From contig CM082584.2 in the NCBI GenBank assembly GCA_040954595.2, forward strand, positions 124,001 through 188,000: a DNA stretch of 64,000 bases, in the 5' to 3' direction. Each line of letters starts with the position of its first letter. The stretch's first letter is position 1. The translations under genes and the position numbers were made by a program. The notes below the pieces were generated by a model, which saw only the letters and a program-made list of their open reading frames with translations, was not told the origin of the DNA and did not search any database. Shown in pieces: positions 52,206-64,000 of the stretch. The DNA is from Balanoglossus misakiensis (Eukaryota > Animalia > Hemichordata).

Positions 52206-53052
52206 TGGAAAGGGCAGTTCACGAAATAAAAACCTGGATGACACATAATAAACTTCAACTCAATGGTGGCAAAACCGAGGTACTCCTGATAAGGTCTCAG
52301 TTCAACCGCTCGCCTCGTCCCATAAACCACATGAGCATTGGATCATGTTGTGTTCAAATAGTGAATTCTGCACGGAATATAGGTGTGACATTCGACGACA
52401 ATTACACTTTCAATAAGCACATTAATGCAATTTACAAGTAAATTTTCTTCCATCTGCGTCAAATCAGCCACATTCGCCGTTACCTCACTAAGGAAGTTTG
52501 CCAGATGCTGGTTCATGCTCTAATCACACTACTGTAATGCACTACTCTGTGGTTTACCATCATCATGCATGCTACAGCATGCCCTGAATTCTGCAGCCAT
52601 GATCGTTTCTCGTACCCGTAAAAGGGATCATATTACTCCTGTTCTCATGGATTTACATTGGTTGCCTGTACACTATAGAATCCAATACAAGATCTTGCTT
52701 ATGACATATAAGGCATTAAACAACACAGCACCAGCTTACATCTCTGACTTAATCCATCTGAAAACTTCAACAAGACTTCTTCGTTCAAATGACAAATTTC
52801 TACTTCATGTACCATGGAGTAAGAAGAAAATGTACGTCGATCGTGCTTTTTCGTATATCGCCCCACTCATTTGGAACAGTGTCCCAATAGAAGTATGCCA
52901 GTCACCTAGCCTTGACAGTTTCAAGAAACACATCAAGACTTATCTGTTTAACAGAGCGTATTAACAGTAACTTTACATTGTAAAGCGCTATTGAACACTA
53001 TTACAGTGGAGTTTGGTGCTCTATAAGTCTTTTTGATTGATTGATTGATTGA
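52206..53052 (+). mobile_element. 3' part of the same LINE as 34119-36106, with intact 3' end and (TTGA)n tail
   Basis: HITPVL.DLHWLPV..RIQYK...DRAFSYIAP.IWN, a short 3' UTR and ttgattgattga. Confidence 0.92.
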
Positions 53053-53507
53053 TGAACAGTTTACCACCTTAGCTAAACACATAAACAGATCACCGATACG
53101 TCCGAATAGCGCGTGTATGAGGGCTTGGTTAACTTGTGACCTGTTTGGTCGGGCATTGATTCTTGTCGGCAAAAACTGCCATAGGAAATTATAAACTTAA
53201 GTCAAATTGCTGAAACAATAAATAATAGTCCATGTGTCTTGATACTTCAGATCATGCATCGGTTCGACTCTGTCTGTAGTCGGTTACCCAAATTTATTGG
53301 GAAGTTCGGCCTTTTACACATTAATACGTGTGGTTTTCGATCATATCCTACCGGTCTTATTGGTTGACATTAATTTGGCAGTGTGCTATAAGCATATTAC
53401 ATCCTACATCAAACCAAAATAAAGCTTGTGATACTTTGACCATCAGTTTTTGTTTACTTTTAGTCGCTAGTGAAATTCAAGCTCAGTAATAACTTTACAA
53501 CTAACTT

Positions 53508-55181
53508 ATTAGGGGCCCAAGCCCCTATGGGCAGGGCCCCTATTGTTATTACTGGGGTTTTTAGGGGCCCAAGCCCCTATGGGCGGGGCCCCTATTGGTA
53601 TTGCTGGCATTTTTCTTCTTCTTTGGCACTTTCATCGGACACTAGGATCTTGAAAACGGCTAAACCTACAATTCTCAAATTTGGCACAATAATGCAGGCC
53701 AATGAGATCTGGTGCAGTACGTCCGTGAATGTTAAATTAGTCAAGTGACCTGATGACCATATAAGGGATGGTGATCTTTGACCTTAATAATATTGATGAT
53801 GCCCGAGCCGCAGGGAAGGGCATCATCAATATGTTTCGATGTGTGACGTTACCAGCACATTCCAGAAGACAGCATGGCATGGTCTGTACAAGTTGAGTGA
53901 AATACTTAGAAAGATATCGCAGTGACCGATCTGCCTGGGCTGCATTCATGTTTTTCTCTTGAAATCATGGACAGTGTTATACACCTCTGTATCAATGCTG
54001 TTTTAGTGACTTTTTCACACCCGTTCTTTTTGTTTTGAGTGAATAGGATAGTCAACTAACTACTGCTGGACAATGGGTGTGAGTTTCATGGCTCTCACAT
54101 GATGGGGTAATCTGGGGTAACATTTTGAAAATACCATGTCATTTTCAGAACGCAGTTATGGTGTATGTACATGTGAACAGTGATACATGTACATGTGTAG
54201 GTCGGAAATTTAGATCGGGTATACACGTCTGCATCTAACACTCAAACTGCAATATTGCCAAACGTGTGTATTATACACGATATACTACATGTAGTAATTG
54301 TATTAGATTTAGTCTGCATTGGTCAATATAATATACGGAAACTAAATATGTCGATCGGATTTGATCTATCACAGGTCCAGCTGTGGTTGCACAGAACACG
54401 TCTCCATTTATGGTGTGAACAGGGACTGCTGTACGCATGTGCACATCTGAGTTCACGAGGTTACACGTACTGCAGTTGCGCAGAACACGTCTCCATTTAT
54501 GGAGTGAACAGGGACTGACCAAGGGGCCGAAATGAGAAGCCAAATTTCGGGTGACTCCTTGACCTTTGACCCACCTTGAAAAACACATATCTACTTCTAC
54601 GCTAACTAATACACCTAGGGAGCTGATTTTTGGTGGACAGGTACAACTATTGGACCAAATCATTTCGCCGCAATGTCACGTGACCTCGGTGACCTTTGAA
54701 CTATATATAACATAAATGCTCATAAGTACGTAACTATTAGACCGACAGACTTCATATTTGGTGGGATGAAGCATACACATGTACTTGTTACCCCTTGACC
54801 TTTGACCTAATTAATTATGTGCATACCTAATTCTAGGCTTACTAATAGGCTAGAGGTTTTGTTTCTGTTGGACATGGACAAGTGTGGCGTCCAATTTTTT
54901 CCATAAAATATTGGGTGACCTCAGGTGATCTACTTTCTCATATCTCAGCCTCCAGAGCAGGTACAGCCTTAGCATTTCGAGGGATGGGACTAAAATGAAA
55001 AGCCGAATTTTGAGGTCACCTGTACAACTGCTTAACTCATTAATTATGTGTATACCTAATTCCAGGCGAACCAATAGGGCTGAAGGTTTGGTTTCTGATG
55101 GACCTGGACCAGTATGGGGTCAAAAATTTTTGCCCAAATTTCGGGTAACCTCAGATGACCATTTTGGCTTGCAGCTATATT
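53508..55181 (+). mobile_element. Helentron/DINE-1-like element related to the 3031-8938 family
   Basis: Two stacked TAGGGGCCCAAGCCC...GGGCCCCTA hairpins (about 53510-53542 and 53562-53594), a TTC repeat, internal similarity to the family subrepeat, and the end gcttgcagctatattt. Confidence 0.68.
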
Positions 55182-55185
55182 TTAA

Positions 55186-55472
55186 CCCTAATACTACTAG
55201 GTGTCATACCTGTTTAGAGTGTCAAGTCCCTTAAAATATGTGTTTGCCATTTTTTCTTCCTAAACGTATTTTGACTGTCTTGCCATGGCTCTCATATACA
55301 CACTTGGCAGTCTAAGCCCCCTTAAATGTACTAAATCGTATTGGTTTGCCTGGTTTGGTTTGAGGGTCTTGTATAGGCCCTACTGCGTAACACGCCCTTG
55401 GCAGCCTAACAGGCCTGGGAGCCAGGATTCTAGGCACCCTGGATATCAAACTGACTTGGCAGCGTTATAGGG
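55186..55472. mobile_element. Possible piggyBac-like MITE
   Basis: TTAA|cccta ... taggg|TTAA; the TIR match is short. Confidence 0.45.
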
Positions 55473-55631
55473 TTAAAACTATGTATAATCACATACTAGA
55501 TGTTTGAAAAATGGCAATGTCTTCTCTAAAGGTTATCCATCCAAAGGGATCTGACAAGGGTGTCCCCCTTCATTTTTTGTTTGTCATAGCAATTTTCGCG
55601 ACTATTATATTAGATTTAGAGTTGACTATCT

Positions 55632-56473
55632 GATATAGACAAACTAGCAGCGTGGGCCAACAAATGGAAAATGTCTTTTCATCCACACAAATGCTCTGTT
55701 CTGTCAGTAACAAGGAAACGTTCAATGATAATTAACCAGTACAGTTTAAACGGGAAGATAATCAAACACAGCTCATCCGAAAAGTATCTAGGGTGCACAC
55801 TGACAGCTGATCTTGATTGGCACCAACATATTACTTTAATATGCAACAAAGCAAACAAAACACTTGGTTTCCTCCGTAGAAATCTCAACATAGGATCAAC
55901 ATCGGTGAAAGAGAAGGCATACACAACACTTGTAAGACCACTAGTTGAATACGCCTCCACTGTTTGGGACCCATATGAACAGACCGACATAGCTTTGTTA
56001 GAAAAAACACAAAGACGCGCTGCACGCTACGTGACTGGCAGATTTCCAAATCGCTCTAGTGTTGACAACATGATAAATACCTTACATTGGACATCATTAG
56101 AACAACGTAGAAAAGAAGCCAGACTATCGATGCCATATAAAATTTCAACAGGAACTGTTGCCATGAACAATCTTCAGCATCTCCAACCCCCGCTAAGACT
56201 CACTAGACACATGCATATAGTAAACGTTATAAAATTCCCAAATTCAAAACAGACTACAGAAAATATTCCTTCTTTCCAAGAACAATCCAAGACTGGAATA
56301 GTATACCACCAGACATCATATCTGCAGGGTCACATGAATCCTTCAAATCTTCTTTGGCACTATACTTCACCAAACCAGAAAACTGACATTTTTGATGTCC
56401 TGTACTAGGGTGCACTCACTGGCAAAGCCTTCAATATGTTGAAGTTGGCCAGTAAGGTAGATAGATAGATAGA
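55632..56473 (+). mobile_element. 5'-truncated non-LTR retrotransposon (CR1/RTE-X-like ORF2 C-terminus) with (TAGA)n tail
   Basis: W.MSFHPHKC, KYLG, ANKTLGFLRRNL, LVRPLVEYASTVWDP, QRRAAR; tail gtagatagatagataga. Confidence 0.88.
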
Positions 56474-57879
56474 CTAAAAGATAAATGGTGTCTACGATTC
56501 CAAACACATAAAAATTACACCAGTTGTGGACGACACAACATTATTTTATTTGATGAGAGTAGTGTTCATCATGCCATTAATATTGTCAAAAAATGTGTTA
56601 GTTTTAGAAACCCAACTAAATACACGAAAAGTTGGGCTTTAGATTGGTTAACTGAAAATCAGGCCAATTGCAATTTTTCGGGTTTAAGTGGCCCGATGCT
56701 CCCAACAAGTCACTTGGAATGTACTTTCATTCTAATAATTTATTAGCATGGAGTAATCTTACTTTTTACCATAAGGGTGGAACCATGATTCATTCTCAAG
56801 AGGGGTCTTGTACCAATACTCATAATGGTCTTCGATACCGGCAGGCATGTATAGCCTATGGCTACGCCCAGCATGAGGTGGTGATTCATACTGTTGGTTG
56901 TATGGACTAGCTGGGTTCGGTGTGGGCCTCATTGAATATGGGGGTGCAGGTGGCGTAAAATATCTGGTAAACCCTTCCAGTTCATATTGATGGAACGTCC
57001 CTGCAAACTCTCCAGGATAATGGTTCTGATCGCATCCCCTCTGTACTGCACGTGGCAAAAGTGTCGAAATTGTCCCTATCCCATGCCTCCCCATAACTGA
57101 AAACATCCTGTCCCCAAGGCCCTCCTTCACCCAGACTTGGATCATACCTTGATCGGAAAGTGTTTCGGGGCATGGGTTCAAGGGCATCATTTTCCCAACA
57201 CCAATAAGAAAGTGTGGGTTGAATCCCCTCCTTCCCACGAATGCTATGTGATCTGTTGTTGTCATATTCGCCTGCCCTAGGACAAGGAGGGCAACTTCTT
57301 TTGGCATTTACCCCCATAGCTCCTATTGTTACTACTCATAAAACTGTCTGATGAATAGTCAGTACGGGGGAATTTTCCGTTTTTGTGTCATACACAACTT
57401 TCTTGTGAAACTCTGGTGTCAACCTAAGGTGGGGCATGTCCCGGGGGCACATCTTTCAACATGCCAGGTGTAACCTTACCAAATTTGTTTCTAAGGGCTA
57501 CCTTTTCCCTTACCCCTGGTTAGTTCTCAGAGTCCTAGTGTCACATGTACTGATATACACTTTGTGATTGGAGGTCATCCTGATCGAATCGAAGGTGGCT
57601 CGCCAATCAACTCAAGAATTGAAGGGACTAAGTCTCTCTCTCGCTACCATTTTCCCATTAATTATGTTTGTTATCACATGAACTGGCCCGTATAGCCACG
57701 TGTGTGACATAGAACATGGGATTTAATGCTTAATTACTTCCGGTATTGCTATTTTCATGTATAAACAAAAAATCAAATGGCTCCATCAATAGAAATTATA
57801 TTCCGTGGTCAGATAAAATCATATGGTCACCATGTTTAATTTCATTGAATGGCTCAGCTCATAGAACAGCCTCATAATT

Positions 57880-58652
57880 GGCTAGTTATACTTTGCGAAA
57901 CAGCGAAACAGCGAAACATGGCGATACCATTATTAAAATAGGGGCCAGTCATCAAGACGGTGGCGTATGATTTTTTTAAAAGTTTCCAAATTAAAACGTA
58001 AGCGAGCCAAGAAAACTACAGGTCAGATAAATTGTTTTCTCGGAAATTCAACATTAGAATCAAATTTGGCGTTGGAAACAAACGGCGGGTCGCCAGTTCC
58101 TGGTCTGCGGCCTGGTACTATGTAGTGGAAGAGTCGATGTCGTGTGCGCGCAAACGATTCATGCCAAACTGCTACATATACACAGTGAATATACGCGCGC
58201 GCACAACGAAACCACAAAAGATCGAAACCTCAAAATGCGGCAGCAACTGTCACTATTTCCTTAAATACCACAAGGCGGGGAGGCATGAATTGCAATTAAG
58301 ATAATAAAGAAATTTCGACAATGATACTGTGTTGTGTGAGTTACATGTGTTTCTATATATAACTACTACTCTTACCCCCCATCAGTGTTTGACCCTCGAA
58401 AGCTTACGGACACTACTGCTTTGTTTCAACTAATCCTTAGCCCTGTGAATATACTCGTACATTGACCTTTTGGGGCGGGATTCTTTTTTGGCGCGCAACC
58501 ACTAGTACCAGGCCGCAGACCAGGAACTTATTTGGAAACTTTTAAAAAAATCATACGCCACCGTCTTGATGACTGGCCCCTATTTTAATAATGGTTTCGT
58601 CGTTTCGCTGTTTCGTTTCGCTGTTTCGTTGTTTCGCAAAGTATAACTAGCC
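57880..58652. mobile_element. Long-TIR non-autonomous DNA transposon with 8-bp TSD (Merlin/Mutator-like)
   Basis: TSD TCATAATT at 57872-57879 and 58653-58660; TIRs of about 110 bp starting ggctagttatactttgcgaaac. Confidence 0.88.
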
Positions 58653-58803
58653 TCATAATTCATAAACTAGAACAGCGACACAAATTTTCATGCAGATCTT
58701 GATTACACTTGTAGAGAAAAACAAAAAAATCTACATATTGAAAGAAATGGTGATACTTTGAACTGTATAAATTGATAACCCAAGACAATAAATCAAAACT
58801 TAC

Positions 58804-58927
58804 TTTGTTCACAAAGGTCACCAGTGAAAACAATTCTGACAGAAACATGTGTACAGTTCACATGATCCAGATGTCCTCTGGCAGAAACCACTGTTCAAGC
58901 ACGGATTGGGATCGCATTGGTTGATTC
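58804..58927 (-). pseudogene. EGF-like exon g, +1 frameshift (INQCDPNPCLNSGFCQRTSGSCELYTCFCQNCF/TGDLCEQ)
   Basis: 124 nt, cag/gtaagt boundaries; present only in this copy. Confidence 0.8.
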
Positions 58928-59128
58928 CTGGTTTTCAATACACAAGAAAGTTGGGACGATGAGCAATGGGGCAGAGACTGATCATCAAAAATTTGAGACA
59001 GGGAATTCCAACAAATGAGATCATTAAGTTATATATGCAAAGCAAATCATAAAAGAGAATCAGAAGATTTTCTCCGAAGGACACCTTGCAAATTCATGAT
59101 TGGAAAGACACTGCAGTCACATGTATAT

Positions 59129-60325
59129 TGTAGTGTCCAAACACTGGTGAGCATCTATACTTTATACATTCTGTAAAATGACGTAATGCAACATTCGGGT
59201 CATTATGAATAAAGTGCGTGAACGAGGCTAGGCACTCTCACTCTTACATGCTGGACTTGGTGTCTCGTGTTGTCATTATTGCCCACCCACGATTCTATAT
59301 TTGGCGACGAGGACGGAGAACATGGAGAATCAGCTAGCCGTCAATGCGGAGTTTTCCTGTTCATTCAGACCCGACAACCACCAGTACGAGATGGAAAAAG
59401 TACATGGCTAGAGTAGAAAACGCATTTGTCGCATTCAACATTACAGATGACAAGCGACAACGTGCACTGCTATTGCACTGGGCAGGTGAGGAAGTTTCCA
59501 ACTTCTTTGATACTCTACCAGATACAGGAACGAGCTGTGAAACAGCCAAATTAAAGCTTGCGTCGTACTTCTCACCCAAACGGAACATTGAATACGAACG
59601 ATTCATCTTCAGAGACACCATACAAAACAACGGCGAATCGATTGATGCCTATCACACTTGTTTGCAACGCCTAGCAGAAACATATGTGACTTCACCAATA
59701 AGGATCAAGAGGTCAAATCACAAATCATACGAGGATTCACATCAGCCCGTCTCAGACGTCGTGCTCTTTGGGAGGAGACGACACTAGAGAATCTACTGAG
59801 TACAGCCCGTTCATTTGAGGTATCAGAGGTTCAGGCTAGTGGGATTGAGGAGAAACCCCATAATAATGGTGCAGACACGGCATCTGTGAATGCGGTCAGA
59901 AAACAGCGCCATCAACGCCCGAAACCCAATAAACAAAAGAGAGCTCATCAGCAGCCAGCGAAAGGACCGTCCACTTGTTATGATTGTGGTGGCACCTATC
60001 CACATGACTCAGTATGTCCAGCTAAAGGCAAGTCATGCAGGAAGTGTGGCAAACCTAACCATTTTGCCAAATGCTACCGATCAAAAGGCAAGGCAAATAG
60101 GGTAGACAAGGATGAAACTGTCAAAGCTGTGCATAAAGTGGAAGACAGCTCGGGAGATGAATACTGCTTCACTGTACAACAATCAAATGGTAGGAGGCCT
60201 CGAGTAACAGTGCAGATAGAACAAACAGCAGTTGCCTCACTGATCGACCCTGGTTCTACAATAAACATGATGAGTGTAAACACATACAACAACCTAAAGA
60301 ACAAACCCATGTGGCAAACAGAAAG
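59129..60325 (+). mobile_element. Older truncated Mag-type Gypsy, third copy
   Basis: ORFs 59344..59787 and 59658..60422; same frameshift, empty ACTTC site. Confidence 0.88.
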
Positions 60326-63300
60326 CCCGTTTTACCACTGCCAGCAGTGCATTATTGAGTATTTTAGCATCGCTGGATTTAGCTCTCGTCCAATCAGAAT
60401 TGCGGACGGTAGCATGATATAATATAATTGAGAATAAATCTCACGACAAGTGTACAGTTTGACAATGTACACAGATAATCCGTTTCAACAATGTTTCCTT
60501 TGTAGTGTGAATAAAACTGCACACTTTGCAAGTTTTCAACTTCAAAACACTATGGCTATTGCAGAGACAAAGCTGCTAATATACAGTGTATACCCTTCAT
60601 TTTTGTTTGTGGTGAGATTTTCATTGGCACAGTTGCACAGAGCTCACACAAGAGGAAATTACACTTTCTGTTGAATTCACTGCATCCTGCTAACTTTAAG
60701 TCATATATCCAGTGAAACATTAAGTTATAGAATTTTCCATCGCAGTATTCTGTTTTATATACATGTATAGCAGTCCCACACATATTGATTAATTTGACAA
60801 AAGAAACTGACTGACAATTTTCACAGCGCTCCCAGTATAGCATCCTTGGCAGGTGCACGTCAATGCCACACACGAGGTTAGGGTTGGCAAGTGCTGCCAT
60901 TTTGACATGGGTTGTTAGCACTGATCAATTCCTACGCATGACAGAAAAATGAAGAATTAGGCTATGGGCCGGACCTGCCTATCGTTTCAAAATGCACTCT
61001 GTATATTAGGGTCTATTTCTTTTACATAAAAAACAAGTCTTCTAGCTCTAATATGATAAAAGAAAAACTTCAACTTAAATATTGCGTCCTCAGAGGTAAT
61101 ATCGAGCCCTAAAAATCAGGTATGCTAATGCGGTTAAAGGTTGTGCAGTTCTCCTTATAACAAGCGTTCGATTGGTGGGTACGTGACTGCACCAATCACA
61201 GAATGCGTTATGTCACTCAGAATTTTTGGTAAGGAAAGTTTGAGCAGACTAGTCCATTCAATGTAAAAAATGGTGCTGATTCCAAAAAAGTCAGCCATTT
61301 TTGCCACTTTTAACCCAAAAGGTCATTTAAAAAAACACTCAAAACACACTGTTTTCATCACATTCGGAGATCTGATGACATTTGAGGATTATGCGGAAAC
61401 AGTGACACACCAGAATAAAAATTACAGGTGACATTTGCAAGCACATGATCTGACCATATAGAAATATGGAATGTAAAAACATTAACAAGGAACATGCCCA
61501 ATAAACTGTCATGTGTCTTGGCAGTCTTACAAGTGGTGCTAGAAAAAAAAAATTGACCAAAAATTGTCTGTACAAACACATATGCGAAGCAACTTCTTTC
61601 AGTCAGCCCTGGAACAGACACACACTGACCTGCCACTGGTAATTAAAATTTGATAGCTGGTGGTCTCTGTAACAGCTAGCCTATTTAAGTTATGTAAACA
61701 TGTCTTTGTTCGAGGTAACAACTCCTTGTAAATAGTAACTTTAAAAACAACTGGACAATTTGTTTAGGAGAAGATTTGCTAACCAAAAACAAAGAAACTT
61801 ACCAAAAAAACTCGCTAAATATTTAATCTTTCTGATCTCAGAATTGAATAAAAGTTGCACATATACAGGTATGTGTTATGAAATTATATCCTAAATTTCA
61901 AAGCAATCAGAGAAAAAACTAATTTCAAAGCAATCCAACAAGCAGTTTCACAGAAAATATTTGTTCAAAAGTGGCAAAAACACAAATATGCAAATATCAC
62001 CAAAATTGTACAATATCTTACTTCAATCACTACAAGGAACATGCTGCCTAAGTTCAATGCAATAGGACAAGCGGTTTCAGAGAAAACAATTTTTGACAAA
62101 AATTGCAAAAGCTTCCCCGATAACACATTTATGCAAAGATCACATTTTTTACAACATATTATTTAGGTTACCCCTACGAACATGCCTACCAAATTGCAAA
62201 GCAATCTGGCATGAGGTTTTAAAGAAAAACATTTTTTGACCAAAAATGGCAAATATTGCTCAAAATTATAGATATGCAAATTTTGCAACAATTTGAACAA
62301 AACTATGGTTACTTAGACAACATTAGGAGGCTTCATACTAAATTTCAAAGACTTTTACCAATAACAAAAATAGTGATAACATTAAGCTAGCCCAAAGTTT
62401 GAGTTACCAGGGCTTTAATATGTGTACCGTACTTATATTATATAATACATAACAAGTGTTTTGCATTGAATAATATAATATTGGTTTGTACTTACGCATT
62501 GTACATGTGGCACCAGTGAAGCATTCGGTACACATACAGTCAAACAGGAAACAGCCGTCTCGCGCAACGCAAATGCCACCATTTTGACAAGGCATAGAGT
62601 ATAACTGATCAATGGCTGCCAAAACAAAAATGAAAGTATCAATTACCTGCTTGTCAAAAACTTGTACATGTACTTGTGATGTTCATTTCGTTTAAATATG
62701 TGAGCAATGTCTTCATTCCTTGTTTCAAACCTGTACATTTAAAATAACATAATGATGCTATTGCTAGGATTTTTCTGTAAGAATCTTGAAAAATTAAAAA
62801 ATGTGCCATCAACATGATACAGAAGGCTTTCCTTTTTAACGTGCACCTCACACTCAATTTTGACCCTACATCAGCAAATTTTGAAAGGATGAAACTTAGT
62901 AATGCTTCCACCCCATTTATTGGTGTATGGGTCCATCTATCACATTGAGAATACCAAAAATGAGGGTTTATATACCACGCTGTGTCATAAAACAGTAATT
63001 CGACACACCTACGGCACAGATGGCCCCAGTCCAACACTACTGGCAGTAACAGGTGTAGTCAGTATAAGAATTTGGTGTTTGGGAACAATAGCCTCCATTT
63101 TGACACGGATTCTGATCACATGGGTTAATGACTATCAGAAAAAAAATAGTTTAAAAAACATGAAATGCAGATGGCTACACCTCAACCAAAGATGATTCCT
63201 GCACCACAACAAAATCCTTTGACACAAGCATTATACTGGAACCATACCCAGAACACGCATGAAGGGACAATGTCTCTATTTTGGGTAATACAGTAAAACC

Positions 63301-64000
63301 TGTCTTTATGGACACCTCTCTAATCAGAACACCTAGTATGATTGATTTTTCAAGCCAAATAGTAAGGATAATTAAGGACGTCTCTTTTACTTAATACTCA
63401 GATGTGTGCACCACCTTAGGAGAGATTACCTCATATGCACAATTATCTCTACAGACACTAGTCTTCAAGAGGCAACTCTTGTATATTTGAGTGATGAAAA
63501 CATCCAGCTTCGTACACTTCCTCACAAGTTCGTGCCTATCCTAAATTGCACGGACATACAAATGAAATTTCTGTTTTCTTTTCCTTTCTTTTCTCTTGTG
63601 GAAATTTTAGAAATGAGAAGTTACCACACAATTCAATTGCCATGAAGAGAAAGTGCCCAAAAGATTGTCATTTACGGTACGTCAGAAACTTACATATTTC
63701 ACAACAGTTACCCTCATAGCAACCAGTACAGGCACAGGTATATGCCGTGCAGGAGTTGGCCACTGCATTACATACAGCCCCGTTGAGACAGCTGTTTCGC
63801 TGGCATGGATCTTGGACTGCAATAAAAAGTGCAACCTAATGTTATCTCAGCAATATTTACTTTCAAAATCTGTTTGATAAAAACATCATCATTACCATTA
63901 CTGTAAATACTGAACGGAACTTCACTTCTAAAAACAACTTGCTCATTCTGGGACGCACTTGTGGGGCTATGAAAATCTCTGTATATGTATCTTGTGTAGG

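Larger units (their letters stand above)
373..63816 (-). pseudogene. Triplicated multi-exon block of an extracellular Cys-rich protein gene (8-Cys EGF exons plus CPxG-repeat exons), largely degenerate
   Basis: About 45 exon copies of 19 types, mostly with AG/GT boundaries, all on the minus strand. Stops and frameshifts are shared between copies. No start, signal-peptide, transmembrane or terminal exon was recognised in the window. Confidence 0.7.
1..64000. repeat. Tandem segmental duplication, about 3 copies (periods 26185, 16999, 20652 bp)
   Basis: taatgttatctcagcaatatttac occurs at 1, 26186, 43185 and 63837. ORF-track translations recur (123/26308/43307; 26002/43001/63653). Length differences are explained by the listed insertions and deletions. 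Confidence 0.97.

Noticed and set aside
54388-54518. 40-bp direct repeat
   Set aside because: Only two copies inside a repeat element; an ordinary internal duplication.

Overview
AT-rich, intron-containing animal genomic DNA; the repeat content suggests a marine invertebrate, which is inference only. No prokaryotic genes, RNA genes or CRISPR arrays were seen. The window is a head-to-tail tandem segmental duplication: the sequence at position 1 recurs at 26186, 43185 and 63837. The unit carries minus-strand GT-AG exons of two kinds. There are 13 distinct phase-1/phase-1 exons, each encoding one EGF-like module with an unusual 8-cysteine pattern, and 6 exons encoding CPxG/CxxC cysteine-rich repeats. 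Many exons have stops, frameshifts or Cys losses shared between copies, so the block looks largely pseudogenic and was amplified after it decayed. The copies differ by transposon insertions whose empty sites are visible in sister copies: an intact, very young Mag-type Ty3/Gypsy element (15322-20169) nested in an older Gypsy gag, a 5.9-kb nested stack of Helentron/DINE-1-like elements (3031-8938), TTAA-targeting MITEs and LINE fragments. They also differ by microhomology-bounded deletions. All alignments and translations were done by eye.
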